The notes under the pieces are model-generated. The model did no database searches. It saw only the letters and a list, made by a program, of their open reading frames with translations, and was not told the origin of the DNA. Made by a program: the position numbers and the translations under genes. From a virus (taxonomy: Duplodnaviria > Caudoviricetes), in IMG/VR virus record IMGVR_UViG_3300049135_000042, positions 1-41,745 of that record: a stretch of DNA of 41,745 nt. One strand, 5' to 3'. This document shows, piece after piece, positions 25,761 to 34,160 of this stretch (positions are counted from its first letter, which is position 1; each line of letters starts with the position of its first letter).

Positions 25761-26197
25761 TGGTCGTCACCCCCGTCCTGCGACTTGCCGTCGCCCTGGT
25801 CACCCTGGTCACCCGTGGGCGCCTGGGGGTCGGCCGGCGGTGGGGTCGGGGTGGCCGGGACGCCCTCGATGGCCTTGAGAAGAGTCGACCGGTTCTTGCC
25901 GGCCTTCTCCGCGTCGACGACGCGCACGAGCTCCGCGTCGCGTGCCTCCGGGTCGCTGTCGTCGAGGCCGTCCAGGTAGGCCCTGACCTCGGCGATGTCG
26001 TGCTTCGCGGGGTCGAACGGACCGTCGTCGGCACCCGCCTCCTCGACCGTGTACTTGCGCCGCTCGAGGTACGCCTTGACGCCGTCGGGCAGCGTCTCGT
26101 CGGTCTCGGCGACACCGTTCTTGAACTCGACGGCGAACGGGCCGAAGCTGGTGCGCTCGTTGAGGCCCTTGACCGGGCTGGTGATCTTCGTGGGCAT
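25757..26197 (-). CDS. head-associated protein
   Basis: MPTKITSPVKG..VEFKNGVAET; helical EVRAYL...RVVDAEKAGKNRSTLL; follows the major capsid gene. Confidence 0.7.
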   Translation of the reverse strand: MPTKITSPVKGLNERTSFGPFAVEFKNGVAETDETLPDGVKAYLERRKYTVEEAGADDGPFDPAKHDIAEVRAYLDGLDDSDPEARDAELVRVVDAEKAGKNRSTLLKAIEGVPATPTPPPADPQAPTGDQGDQGDGKSQDGGDDQ

Positions 26198-26229
26198 GTC
26201 CCCTCCCAAGGGGTCGTGTGGCTGCGGGC

Positions 26230-26263
26230 CACGACCGGGCGCCCGTTGGAGCGCCCGGTCGTG
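26230..26263 (-). terminator. hairpin after the major capsid gene
   Basis: CACGACCGGGCGC-N8-GCGCCCGGTCGTG, 13-bp stem. Confidence 0.7.
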
Positions 26264-26271
26264 AGAGGGGG

Positions 26272-27234
26272 TCAGGCGACCTTGACGCCCCGCAAGACCG
26301 CCGCGGCCTTGGTCTTCTTGAGGGCCACGGCGACCGGGCCCATCTCGACCTCACCGGTCTTGACGGCACCGGACGAGGTGAAGTCGGGCAGCCACGACTT
26401 GATAACCCGGCCGCCCATGGTGGAGACGCCGTGGAAGCCGTCGCGGGCGATGCGCACGGCGTAGATGTCCGTGGTGCCGGTCCCGCTGATCGGGATGACA
26501 GGGTCGGACGTGCCGGGCTTGTCGCCGAGGTCGAGCAGCGGCGTACCGCGCCACGTGGTGACGGTCTGGCCGAACGCGGTGATCTCGCCGAGCTGCGAGA
26601 CGTACTCGGCGATGGACTGCAGGGCCATGAGCGCGTCCGCGTTCATGAGGTACGCGGACGGGTCGCCGTCCATCTTGGCGCGCAGCTGGCGCAGGTGGCG
26701 CAGGGCGGCGAGGCCCTGCACGCGGTCGGCCACGCCCACCCAGTCCGAGCCGGCCGCGCCGGGGGCGAGGGTGATCTCCGTGCTCGACCCGGCCAGCGCC
26801 TTGTCCAGCCCGTCGAAGACGCGGTCGTCCTCGCTGCTGTCGCCGTAGATCACGGCATCGCAGAACTCGGCGACGGTGGCCTTGACCTTCTCCTGCGACT
26901 GGAAGGCAACCTCGCCGGACGCCGCGGCGCCGATCTCGGCCAGGATGCGGTCGATCTGGTAGGCGCCGCCCAGCACCTTGAGCTCGACCGAGTACTTCTG
27001 GGTCGTGGCCTCGGTGGGCGCGTACTCGCTGTTGATCGCGCGGAAGCCGGCGGTCGACGTCGAGATGATGCGGCGGTAGCCGTACTCGAGCGTGGCGCCG
27101 CCACCGGCGGGGTTCACGACGTCGTCGAAGACCAGCTGGTCCAGCAGGTAGCTGTTCCGGCGGAACTCGTCGATGATCGCGGGGTCGTACGCCTGGACGG
27201 CGTTCTGCTTGGACTGGGCAAGGGTGACGGGCAT
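26272..27234 (-). CDS. major capsid protein
   Basis: MPVTLAQ...IIDEFR...FRAINSEY...LGGAYQIDR...FDGLDK...KAAAVLRGVKV; follows the scaffold. Confidence 0.92.
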   Translation of the reverse strand: MPVTLAQSKQNAVQAYDPAIIDEFRRNSYLLDQLVFDDVVNPAGGGATLEYGYRRIISTSTAGFRAINSEYAPTEATTQKYSVELKVLGGAYQIDRILAEIGAAASGEVAFQSQEKVKATVAEFCDAVIYGDSSEDDRVFDGLDKALAGSSTEITLAPGAAGSDWVGVADRVQGLAALRHLRQLRAKMDGDPSAYLMNADALMALQSIAEYVSQLGEITAFGQTVTTWRGTPLLDLGDKPGTSDPVIPISGTGTTDIYAVRIARDGFHGVSTMGGRVIKSWLPDFTSSGAVKTGEVEMGPVAVALKKTKAAAVLRGVKVA

Positions 27235-27261
27235 GGGGATGCTCCTGTGGGGTCAGACGGC

Positions 27262-28047
27262 TCAGGTGCCGTAGTGCTGGCGGACGGCGTCGTCGACGCT
27301 GAGGTCCTTGGCGGTGCGCTGCTCGCCGGACCCGCCGGCGTGGTCGACGCTGCTCGCCCCGGCCGCCCGGGCTCGGAGCGTGGGGTCTGCGGTCGTCGCG
27401 GCCTTGATGGCTGCGGTGACCTTGGTGTCGAAGTCGGCCGCCGCGGGGTCCAGCCCGGCGATGGCCTTGGTGAAGCTGTTGCGGTCAAGCAGGGCGACCG
27501 GGTTGGCCCCGGCGGTCTGCGCGGCCTTGAACACGGCGAGCTCGACCCGTGCGGTGCGTGCTGTCTCGGTGGCCTCCTGGGCCTTGGTGGCGAGTGCTGC
27601 GGGGTCGGGCGGGGTGTCGTCCTGGACGAGGCCCAGGGCCTTGCCGATGTCCTTCGCGATGGCGTCCCGCGCCTCCTGGGCGGCGGTGGCCTTCGCCTTG
27701 GTCCGGTCAGCGCCGTTCTCCTTGCGGAGGTCGGCGATCATCGCGTGCAGCGCGGGTACGTCCGTGGGGAGCGTGTTGGCCGCGGGCGGGGTTGTCGGCT
27801 CGGTCGCTGCGGGCGCACCAGGCGCGGGAGCGGCAGGGGCCGGCGGGGCGGTGCTGCCGGTCGCGCCCGAGTCGACTGCGGGCGCGGCGGGGGCAGCGGG
27901 TGCAGCCGGAGCTGCGGGGGCTGGTGCGGCAGGCGCTCCAGCGGTTCCGGCCGCTCCGGCGTCCGCGGTCATGAACCGGAGCCGCGCGAAGCGGGGGTCG
28001 GTCAGGCCGGGGGTGGGCAGGATCGGCAGGCGGGTGAAACGGGACAT
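27262..28047 (-). CDS. capsid scaffolding protein
   Basis: AGGAGG RBS; Ala/Pro linker, LRKENG..R coiled coil, LLD..SF; directly upstream of the major capsid gene. Confidence 0.85.
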   Translation of the reverse strand: MSRFTRLPILPTPGLTDPRFARLRFMTADAGAAGTAGAPAAPAPAAPAAPAAPAAPAVDSGATGSTAPPAPAAPAPGAPAATEPTTPPAANTLPTDVPALHAMIADLRKENGADRTKAKATAAQEARDAIAKDIGKALGLVQDDTPPDPAALATKAQEATETARTARVELAVFKAAQTAGANPVALLDRNSFTKAIAGLDPAAADFDTKVTAAIKAATTADPTLRARAAGASSVDHAGGSGEQRTAKDLSVDDAVRQHYGT

Positions 28048-28070
28048 GTGACGCCTCCTGGGCGGGTCGA

Positions 28071-28092
28071 TGTCGGTGGTTCGCCGTAAGTT
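28071..28092 (+). promoter_or_regulatory. PafBC-type promoter for the antisense small gene
   Basis: TGTCGG-TGGTTCGCCG-TAAGTT = TGTCGG-N10-TANNNT. Confidence 0.65.
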
Positions 28093-28145
28093 CAACGGCG
28101 AGACCCGCGCGCACCAGGCGGGCGGGGAGATCGGGGAGGGGTGTC

Positions 28146-28322
28146 ATGTCGACCAACCAGGAAGCGCAGACAAAGCTGGAGACGGCGATCGGCGTCTTGG
28201 CTGATCGGGCTGCGGAGCACGCCGAGGCCGGAGCACCGACCGGAGCTCGGGACCTCGCAGAGGGGGCGAAGGAACTGGCCGAAGCGCACGCATGGCTCCG
28301 GTCGTCTGCACAGCCGCATTGA
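28146..28322 (+). CDS. 58-aa helical protein, antisense moron (missing from the ORF track)
   Basis: MSTNQEAQTKLETAIGVLADRAAEHAEAGAPTGARDLAEGAKELAEAHAWLRSSAQPH; GGGGAGGGG RBS; fills the gap up to the minor capsid stop. Confidence 0.75.
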   Translation: MSTNQEAQTKLETAIGVLADRAAEHAEAGAPTGARDLAEGAKELAEAHAWLRSSAQPH

Positions 28323-28325
28323 CGA

Positions 28326-29492
28326 CTACGCGACGTTGCCGAGGTCGATCTGTTCGCGGTTCCTCTGGCGGACCAGGCCGGTCTCGGCGACGTGGTCGCG
28401 GATCTTGGCCTGGTAGGCGCGGACCCGTGCGTTCGCGGCGCGCTTCTCGGCGTCGCCGACGGCGGCCATGGCCTCGACCTTCACCTTGCGGGTCTCGCGC
28501 TCGAGGTAGCGCAGCTTCTGCCGTGCCGCCTCGGCGTCAGGGTCGTAGTGGGTGACGTCCTGGATGACGGACAGGCCGGGCAGGTACGCCACGGTGGAGC
28601 ACCGGCAGTTCGGGTGCCGCCAGCCGGCGTGCTTGGCCTGATCGAGGGTGGCGGCCACGTTGACCGTGATCTCGCCGTCGCCGTTCGCCCGCGGGACGCG
28701 GATACGCCCGGTCGGGCCGCCGTCGGTGCGCAGAATCTTCCCGGACCAGCGGGCGCAGCGTTCGCACGCCCCGGAGCCGACGACGATAGACACCAGCGAG
28801 ATGCCGTGGTCCTGCATCGTCGCGATCTTGGTGTCGTCGTACGCCCGCCGTGTCGCCGAGCGGGTGGCCATCTCGACGTAGCTGGCGAGGTTCCAGCGGC
28901 GGCCGGCCTTGTCGACGAACCCGGTGACGCCCTGAGCGAGCAGGCGGCCCCACGCGCCCTGCTGGGCGGTGTGGGTCGTGCCGAGGCCAAGCGGGACGTC
29001 GGTGGCGAACGCTGCGATGGCGCGGCGGTAGACGTCGTCGGGATACCGCAGCACCCGACGCACCACGTCGTCGAGCGCGTTGGTCAGGTCGGCGCGGATC
29101 GCAGCGGCAGCCGCGGCCCCGGACAGGACGGACGCGGCCACCACGGACGTCGTGGGTGCCACGGCGGCTGCCGTCGCCGCGCCGGTGGTCCCGACAACGG
29201 CGGACAGCTCGGCCAGCGCCGCGGTGATGCCCCGCGTCTGGGCCGTGGCCAGCACCCGGTCGAGCACCTCGGGAGACGTCTGCTGAAGCCAGCGTGCGAC
29301 GCGCGTCGACTCGACCGACAGGGCTCCGAGGTTCAGGATGCGCTGCGGACTGTCCTCGCCGGCCTCGATCCCGGCCCGGACCTGGAGCGCGACGGCGCCG
29401 ACCAGGCGCCGCTCGGCCGAAGAGAACAGCTCCACGAGCTCGGCGACGAGCCGGTCGAGGCCGTCACGGTCGTCGGGGATCCACTGCGCCAT
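28326..29492 (-). CDS. minor capsid protein (phage minor capsid 2 / MuF-like)
   Basis: GVTGFVDKAGRRW.LASYVEMATR, C..C..W.GK, HPNCRC, LRYLER. Confidence 0.88.
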   Translation of the reverse strand: MAQWIPDDRDGLDRLVAELVELFSSAERRLVGAVALQVRAGIEAGEDSPQRILNLGALSVESTRVARWLQQTSPEVLDRVLATAQTRGITAALAELSAVVGTTGAATAAAVAPTTSVVAASVLSGAAAAAAIRADLTNALDDVVRRVLRYPDDVYRRAIAAFATDVPLGLGTTHTAQQGAWGRLLAQGVTGFVDKAGRRWNLASYVEMATRSATRRAYDDTKIATMQDHGISLVSIVVGSGACERCARWSGKILRTDGGPTGRIRVPRANGDGEITVNVAATLDQAKHAGWRHPNCRCSTVAYLPGLSVIQDVTHYDPDAEAARQKLRYLERETRKVKVEAMAAVGDAEKRAANARVRAYQAKIRDHVAETGLVRQRNREQIDLGNVA

Positions 29493-29495
29493 GGG

Positions 29496-31106
29496 CTACC
29501 CCTCGTCGTCCGGGTCCGGCTCCTCGGGGTCTCGCTGCCCGATCGCGAACGGGTCGGCCAGCGGCGGAGCCTCCTGCTGCAGGATGAGGTCTCGCTCGGC
29601 CGCGACCTGCTCGGGCGTCCAGTCCGGGTGGACCATCTGCACGCGGGTCTCGATCGACGCGGCCTGCGCGGCCTTGAGCTGCTGGGCAGTGGACGCCAGG
29701 GCGAGGACCGAGTCCTGCACGGTGTCGGCGAACGTTGCTCGCAGGCCCTCGTCGTTGAGCCCGCTCGTGGCGAACACCGCGGTGTCGATGGTGAGCATCT
29801 TGCCCACCAGGTGGAGCAGCGCGGGCCGCTCGTGCCGGATCTTGCGGTCACGCGTCAGGTAGGAGCGCCGCTCGCGGGAGTGGACCTCGGTGGCAGTCAT
29901 CGTGCCGCCGCCCTCGACGCCGTCGGACAGCGTCTGGGAGGAGTAGCCGGCGGTGGAGATGATGCGCTGCACCTGGTCGTCGATGACGCGCAGGTGCTCC
30001 TCGACCCGGATGTCGAACTGCTGGGCGGTGATGAGCTTCTGTCCGCTGCCGTCCTCGAGCGGCGGCATGCGCACGCCCTCGTAGACCTCCTTGTCGAGGT
30101 TGAACGAGGCGCCGCGACCGGGGCCGAGCGTGTCGAGCATGGATTCGGGCACGATCAGGCGGGCCTTGGCGAGGCGGATGTCTCGCATGAGCGAGCTGTA
30201 CGCCTCGTCGGCGGCGTCGAAGAACGGTTCGCACTGGTCGAAGTCGGAGCGCCCGAGGTGCTTGCCTACCGGGTTCTTCCGCCAGGACCGGTTCGGCGTC
30301 TGGTTCGGGATATACGCCACGGCCAGGCCGGGGGTGCGGCCGGCGACCACCGCGCCGTCGGAGTCCACGAGGCGCGCGAGCGGGGCGGTGACCGGGTCGT
30401 CGGCCAGGGCCATGAGCCGGCCGAGGTTGTCCTTCGTGCCCTCGTACAGGCCGTGCAGCGTGATGCCGATGCCCTGGCCATCAAGCTCGTGCCGCTCGAG
30501 GTGACGGCGGACGGTGCGCCCGTCGTCGGCGACGACGTGCCAGAACGTGACGGCGACCAGGCGGCCCCAGCGGAACTCGGGCCAGGCGGCGTCGGCGTCC
30601 ACGGTGGACAGGAACGGCCGCTTGAGCAGGTCGGCGTCCCATGTGACGCGGTGGAAGCGTCCGCCGAGCGCCGCGCCGACCTCCGCACCGGTGGCCAGGA
30701 CGTCGTGGAAGCCGTCGTCGACGTACTCCAGCAGCCGGTCCTGCGTGACGCTCTTGTCGCTCCGCTCGGCCTCGTCGCCGACGCCGAGCCGGGGCGGCTC
30801 GGAGTACAGCAGGTCGGCCGAGACGCGGGCGAGGTCGGTCGGGATCGGCAGGTGGATCTGCGCGCGCCGCGGCTGGGTCAGGTCGACCTGCGGGCGGCCC
30901 CACCAGAACCGGGCTGCGGCGCCGACGACGCCGCCGGCCAACTGCGAGGGCCGGACCGTCTGCCCCGAGGTTCCGGTGCGGCTCTGGTAGACGCTGGTGA
31001 GCACGCCGGGGTCGCCCTGGTACCAGGCGTCCCACTCTTCGAGCTTGGGCCGGATGTTCGCCAGCGCGGCGGGCGGCCAGACCTGGTTCGGCGTGGGGAG
31101 GGGCAT
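29496..31106 (-). CDS. portal protein (SPP1/A118-like)
   Basis: MPLP....WPP, IHLPIPTDLAR.SADLL, GRSDF, TATEV; follows TerL. Confidence 0.92.
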   Translation of the reverse strand: MPLPTPNQVWPPAALANIRPKLEEWDAWYQGDPGVLTSVYQSRTGTSGQTVRPSQLAGGVVGAAARFWWGRPQVDLTQPRRAQIHLPIPTDLARVSADLLYSEPPRLGVGDEAERSDKSVTQDRLLEYVDDGFHDVLATGAEVGAALGGRFHRVTWDADLLKRPFLSTVDADAAWPEFRWGRLVAVTFWHVVADDGRTVRRHLERHELDGQGIGITLHGLYEGTKDNLGRLMALADDPVTAPLARLVDSDGAVVAGRTPGLAVAYIPNQTPNRSWRKNPVGKHLGRSDFDQCEPFFDAADEAYSSLMRDIRLAKARLIVPESMLDTLGPGRGASFNLDKEVYEGVRMPPLEDGSGQKLITAQQFDIRVEEHLRVIDDQVQRIISTAGYSSQTLSDGVEGGGTMTATEVHSRERRSYLTRDRKIRHERPALLHLVGKMLTIDTAVFATSGLNDEGLRATFADTVQDSVLALASTAQQLKAAQAASIETRVQMVHPDWTPEQVAAERDLILQQEAPPLADPFAIGQRDPEEPDPDDEG

Positions 31107-31110
31107 GGGC

Positions 31111-32430
31111 TTACTCCTCTCCGGCGCCGGGCGCGGTGTCGAGGGCGGGTGCGAGGGGGATGAGGTCGCGCCACCGGTCACGCGGTGTGTAGACGGTGTA
31201 GCGCAGGGCGTCGGCCTCGTCGTCGTTGGACTTGACCGGTGCGGTCTCGCCGCGCTTGGTGGCCTTCTCGTCCCAGACGTAGCCGGGCAGGCGCTCGATC
31301 AGGTGCTTGCACCGGTCGGACACCACGAGCTTGTCGACGGCGAGCAGCGCGGCGACGGTCCGGATGCCGGGCAGCACCTGCTTGTGCGCCTTCATGACGT
31401 TGCGGTGCCCGTCGTGGAACAGCTGCAGGCCGAACGTCGCTGAGGCGTGGTCGTAGGCGATCCACTCGGGTGCCCAGGCGGGGCGTGCGGCCAGCCAGCG
31501 CTGCAGGTCGGCGGAGTGCTCGCCGATGGTCATGGAGCCGGGTGCCCACTCGTCGAGGATGTACAGGCAGTGCTCGCGGTCGTGCCCTGGTCGGGTGTCG
31601 GGTCCGATGCCGAGCAGGTAGCCGCGGGTGGCGTGCACGGTGCCGTAGTCGGCGCCGAACGACAGGACGCGGTCCATGGTCGGGAGGTCGTCGGCCGGCA
31701 TGACGTGCCGTGCCTCGTCCCAGCCCTCGTACACGGCGCCGGCGGCCTGGACCCACTCGCCGAGGATGAAGCGGCGGTACCAGAGGCCCGTGTACTCCTT
31801 GCAGATCTGGGCGACGTACGCGGGGTCGAGGAACGTGTTGTCGGTGAGCCGGAACTTGAAGACCTTGTAGCCGAGCTCGACGGCGCGGTCGACGACCTGC
31901 TTCTTGAACCAGTGCGCCGGGCCGTCGGGGTTCGTGGTGGCGAACAGGCGCGCGCCCGGGACGGACATGCGGCCGAGCAGCTGGGTCCAGAACGCCTCGG
32001 CCACCAGGGTCGCCTCGTCGACGTACGCACCGGCGACGGTCAGGCCTCGTAGGACCATCTCGGCGCGGGCGTCGGACGCGCCGAGCACGTGCACGGTGCG
32101 GCCGAGGATCTGCGCGGTGGGTGCGCCGGCCGTGTACCGGACGTGCTGGGCGAGCTTGCCGAAGATCGCGGGGTCCTGGAGCGGCTGGAAGACGTTGCGG
32201 GCCACGGACTCGCGGGTGCGGCCGATGACGACGAGCGCGCCGGTGGTGGGCGCGGAGCGGACGAACAGCAGCCAGGCGATCAGGGAGGCGATGGTCTTGC
32301 CGGCGCGGATGCTGCCGTGCCAGACGTTCACGCGGGCGGTGGCGCGGGCGATGGACCATGCCTGCTTGGGGGTGAGCCCGGCGGCGACGACGGCGACCAT
32401 GGCGGCCGTGACGGCCTGTAGCGCGGTCAC
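31111..32430 (-). CDS. terL: terminase large subunit
   Basis: Walker A GSIRAGKT, Walker B AYVDEA, TTNPD, nuclease DYG and DDEADALRY. Confidence 0.95.
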   Translation of the reverse strand: MTALQAVTAAMVAVVAAGLTPKQAWSIARATARVNVWHGSIRAGKTIASLIAWLLFVRSAPTTGALVVIGRTRESVARNVFQPLQDPAIFGKLAQHVRYTAGAPTAQILGRTVHVLGASDARAEMVLRGLTVAGAYVDEATLVAEAFWTQLLGRMSVPGARLFATTNPDGPAHWFKKQVVDRAVELGYKVFKFRLTDNTFLDPAYVAQICKEYTGLWYRRFILGEWVQAAGAVYEGWDEARHVMPADDLPTMDRVLSFGADYGTVHATRGYLLGIGPDTRPGHDREHCLYILDEWAPGSMTIGEHSADLQRWLAARPAWAPEWIAYDHASATFGLQLFHDGHRNVMKAHKQVLPGIRTVAALLAVDKLVVSDRCKHLIERLPGYVWDEKATKRGETAPVKSNDDEADALRYTVYTPRDRWRDLIPLAPALDTAPGAGEE

Positions 32431-32942
32431 GGCGTCTCGGTCTCGTCCAGCCCGGACTCGTCGGCCACGGCCTCGACGGCGGCGGCGAACATGTCCAGCA
32501 GCGAGGAGGCCTCGGCGACGCCGGCGTCGGCGTCGTGCTGGTCGATCTTGAGCGAGCGGTCGATGGCCGTGGTGGCGGCCTGCATGATCGAGAGCTTGTC
32601 GCGGAACGGGGGTTCGTCGACGTCGTGCTCGGTGTACGTGTTGTCCTTGCCGCCGATGTTGTACACCTTGGCGGGCTGCCACATCGCCTGGCGGAGCCGC
32701 TGGGCATCGAGCAGGAGATCCCGCTTGAGCTCAGCGCGTAGGGCTTTCGCGTCGAGGATCTTCGCCTCGGTGGCCCGCACGGTGTCGGTGCGGTCGGACC
32801 GGACGCCGAGCTTGGCGGCCTGGTTGGCGACGGCACCGCGGGACCGGCCGAGCTGCCTGCCGATCTCGGACTGTGCGACGCCGTTCGCGACGAGCCGGCG
32901 CAGCGTGTCCTGCTCGTCAGCGGTCCAGGGGCCAGTGGCCAT
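32427..32942 (-). CDS. terS: terminase small subunit (HTH)
   Basis: N-terminal HTH QSEIGRQLGRSRGAV; GAGGTGG RBS; coupled to terL. Confidence 0.8.
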   Translation of the reverse strand: MATGPWTADEQDTLRRLVANGVAQSEIGRQLGRSRGAVANQAAKLGVRSDRTDTVRATEAKILDAKALRAELKRDLLLDAQRLRQAMWQPAKVYNIGGKDNTYTEHDVDEPPFRDKLSIMQAATTAIDRSLKIDQHDADAGVAEASSLLDMFAAAVEAVADESGLDETETP

Positions 32943-32975
32943 GTGCGACCACCTCGCCTCCAACCGGGCATGCGA

Positions 32976-33005
32976 GAGGCCCGACCTCTGATGAGATCGG
33001 GCCTC
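32976..33005 (-). terminator. leader hairpin before terS
   Basis: Minus strand GAGGCCCGATCTC-ATCA-GAGGTCGGGCCTC (13 bp, one G-U). Confidence 0.6.
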
Positions 33006-33010
33006 CCGTC

Positions 33011-33072
33011 CGACACGAATGTCAGTACAACACGAACGATGTCAAGTCATCGACACGCTGTCAACCGACACG
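33011..33072 (-). promoter_or_regulatory. late promoter region with TTGACA boxes and CGACACG repeats
   Basis: Minus-strand TTGACA at 33040-45 and 33059-64; CGACACG at 33011, 33051, 33066 and CAACACG at 33028. Confidence 0.6.
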
Positions 33073-33807
33073 CGCAAGCCGCAACGTCTGGGCGAACCGC
33101 GCCGCGGCCTGCGCATTCAGTGGCCGACGGCGCTGGGCCCTCTGCCACTCCAGCGGTGTGATGGCGTGCGCCCCGTCCTCGCTGCACACCATGTCGCCGA
33201 CCGCCGAGGCGCCGGGGTGCATGAAGACCCGGTACTCGCCCTGGCAGGCCACGCGCTGCCCGAGCTCGGAGGTCCCGTGCTCGGTGCAGTCGATGCCGGT
33301 ACGCATCCACCGGGCGCCTGAGGGCCATGCGGTGCGCCGTGCGAGCCCTGCGAGCCGCTCGGCGTCGTCCATGAACTCGATGCGCAGGTGCTCGTCCTCG
33401 TGGTGGAGGAAGTGCCCCAGGCGCTCTGTGGCGATGTGGTGGGCGAGTTCCCCGGTGTCCTGGCTCGGAGGTGCCCACGGAGCAGCGTGGACCCCTGCGT
33501 CAGCCCATGGGGGCATGACCGTGCGTTCGACGGTCACCTCCTCCATGAGCACCCGGGCGAGGAACCGGACCCAGAGCGCCAGCTCCTGCCGCACGTCGGC
33601 CACGTGAGCGTCGATGGGGGCACGAGAGGCAGGCTTGCCACCGCCGGACCCTGGCGTGGATCCAGCGGCGAGCAGGACGGCCAGGACGGGCCACGTGTCG
33701 GCGATGGTGAGCAGCTGCTCGCGGACCTTGCCGAACGTCTCGGTCTCGGCATCCTCGTGCGCGCGGGCGAGCAGCGGGGCGACCGCTCGGCTGCGGCGTC
33801 GGCTCAT
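33061..33807 (-). CDS. putative late-gene regulator (Cys-containing)
   Basis: Last early gene before the late promoter; GGKPASRAPID and C-terminal Cys/His cluster. Function inferred from position only. Confidence 0.55.
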   Translation of the reverse strand: MSRRRSRAVAPLLARAHEDAETETFGKVREQLLTIADTWPVLAVLLAAGSTPGSGGGKPASRAPIDAHVADVRQELALWVRFLARVLMEEVTVERTVMPPWADAGVHAAPWAPPSQDTGELAHHIATERLGHFLHHEDEHLRIEFMDDAERLAGLARRTAWPSGARWMRTGIDCTEHGTSELGQRVACQGEYRVFMHPGASAVGDMVCSEDGAHAITPLEWQRAQRRRPLNAQAAARFAQTLRLARVG

Positions 33808-34160
33808 GTGTGGTTTCCCTTCCCGGAGTACCAGGGCAGTGCGAGCCCGTCGTCCTTGCGGCGTGGCACGAGGTGCAGGTGGAGGTGGAAGACGGACTGC
33901 GTGGCGGCGCGGCCTCGGGAGGTGATGAGGTTCAACGCCGCGCCTGTGGTTCCCGCGTACAGCGAGGCGTCGTGCATCGTCTGGGCGGACACCTCAGGGT
34001 TGGCAGTGAAGTCGGAGACGTGGCGCCGCGGGATGAACAGGATGTGGCCCGCCGTGACCGGGTTGATGGGCACGATGGCGATGGTGTGGTGGTATGACGC
34101 GACCAGTTCGGCGGGCGCGTCGCCGGCGGCGATCTCGCAGAAGATGCAGGTGTCAGCCAC
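33804..34160 (-). CDS. HIT-family nucleotide hydrolase
   Basis: CIFC, PINPV..GH.L.IPRRH, QSVFHLHLHLVPR histidine triad. Confidence 0.93.
   Translation of the reverse strand: MADTCIFCEIAAGDAPAELVASYHHTIAIVPINPVTAGHILFIPRRHVSDFTANPEVSAQTMHDASLYAGTTGAALNLITSRGRAATQSVFHLHLHLVPRRKDDGLALPWYSGKGNHT

Noticed and set aside
28392-31163. 923-aa plus-strand ORF and the many other long antisense ORFs
   Set aside because: Shadow frames of high-GC3 genes (portal, minor capsid and others), with low-complexity Arg/Gly/Val content and no motifs.
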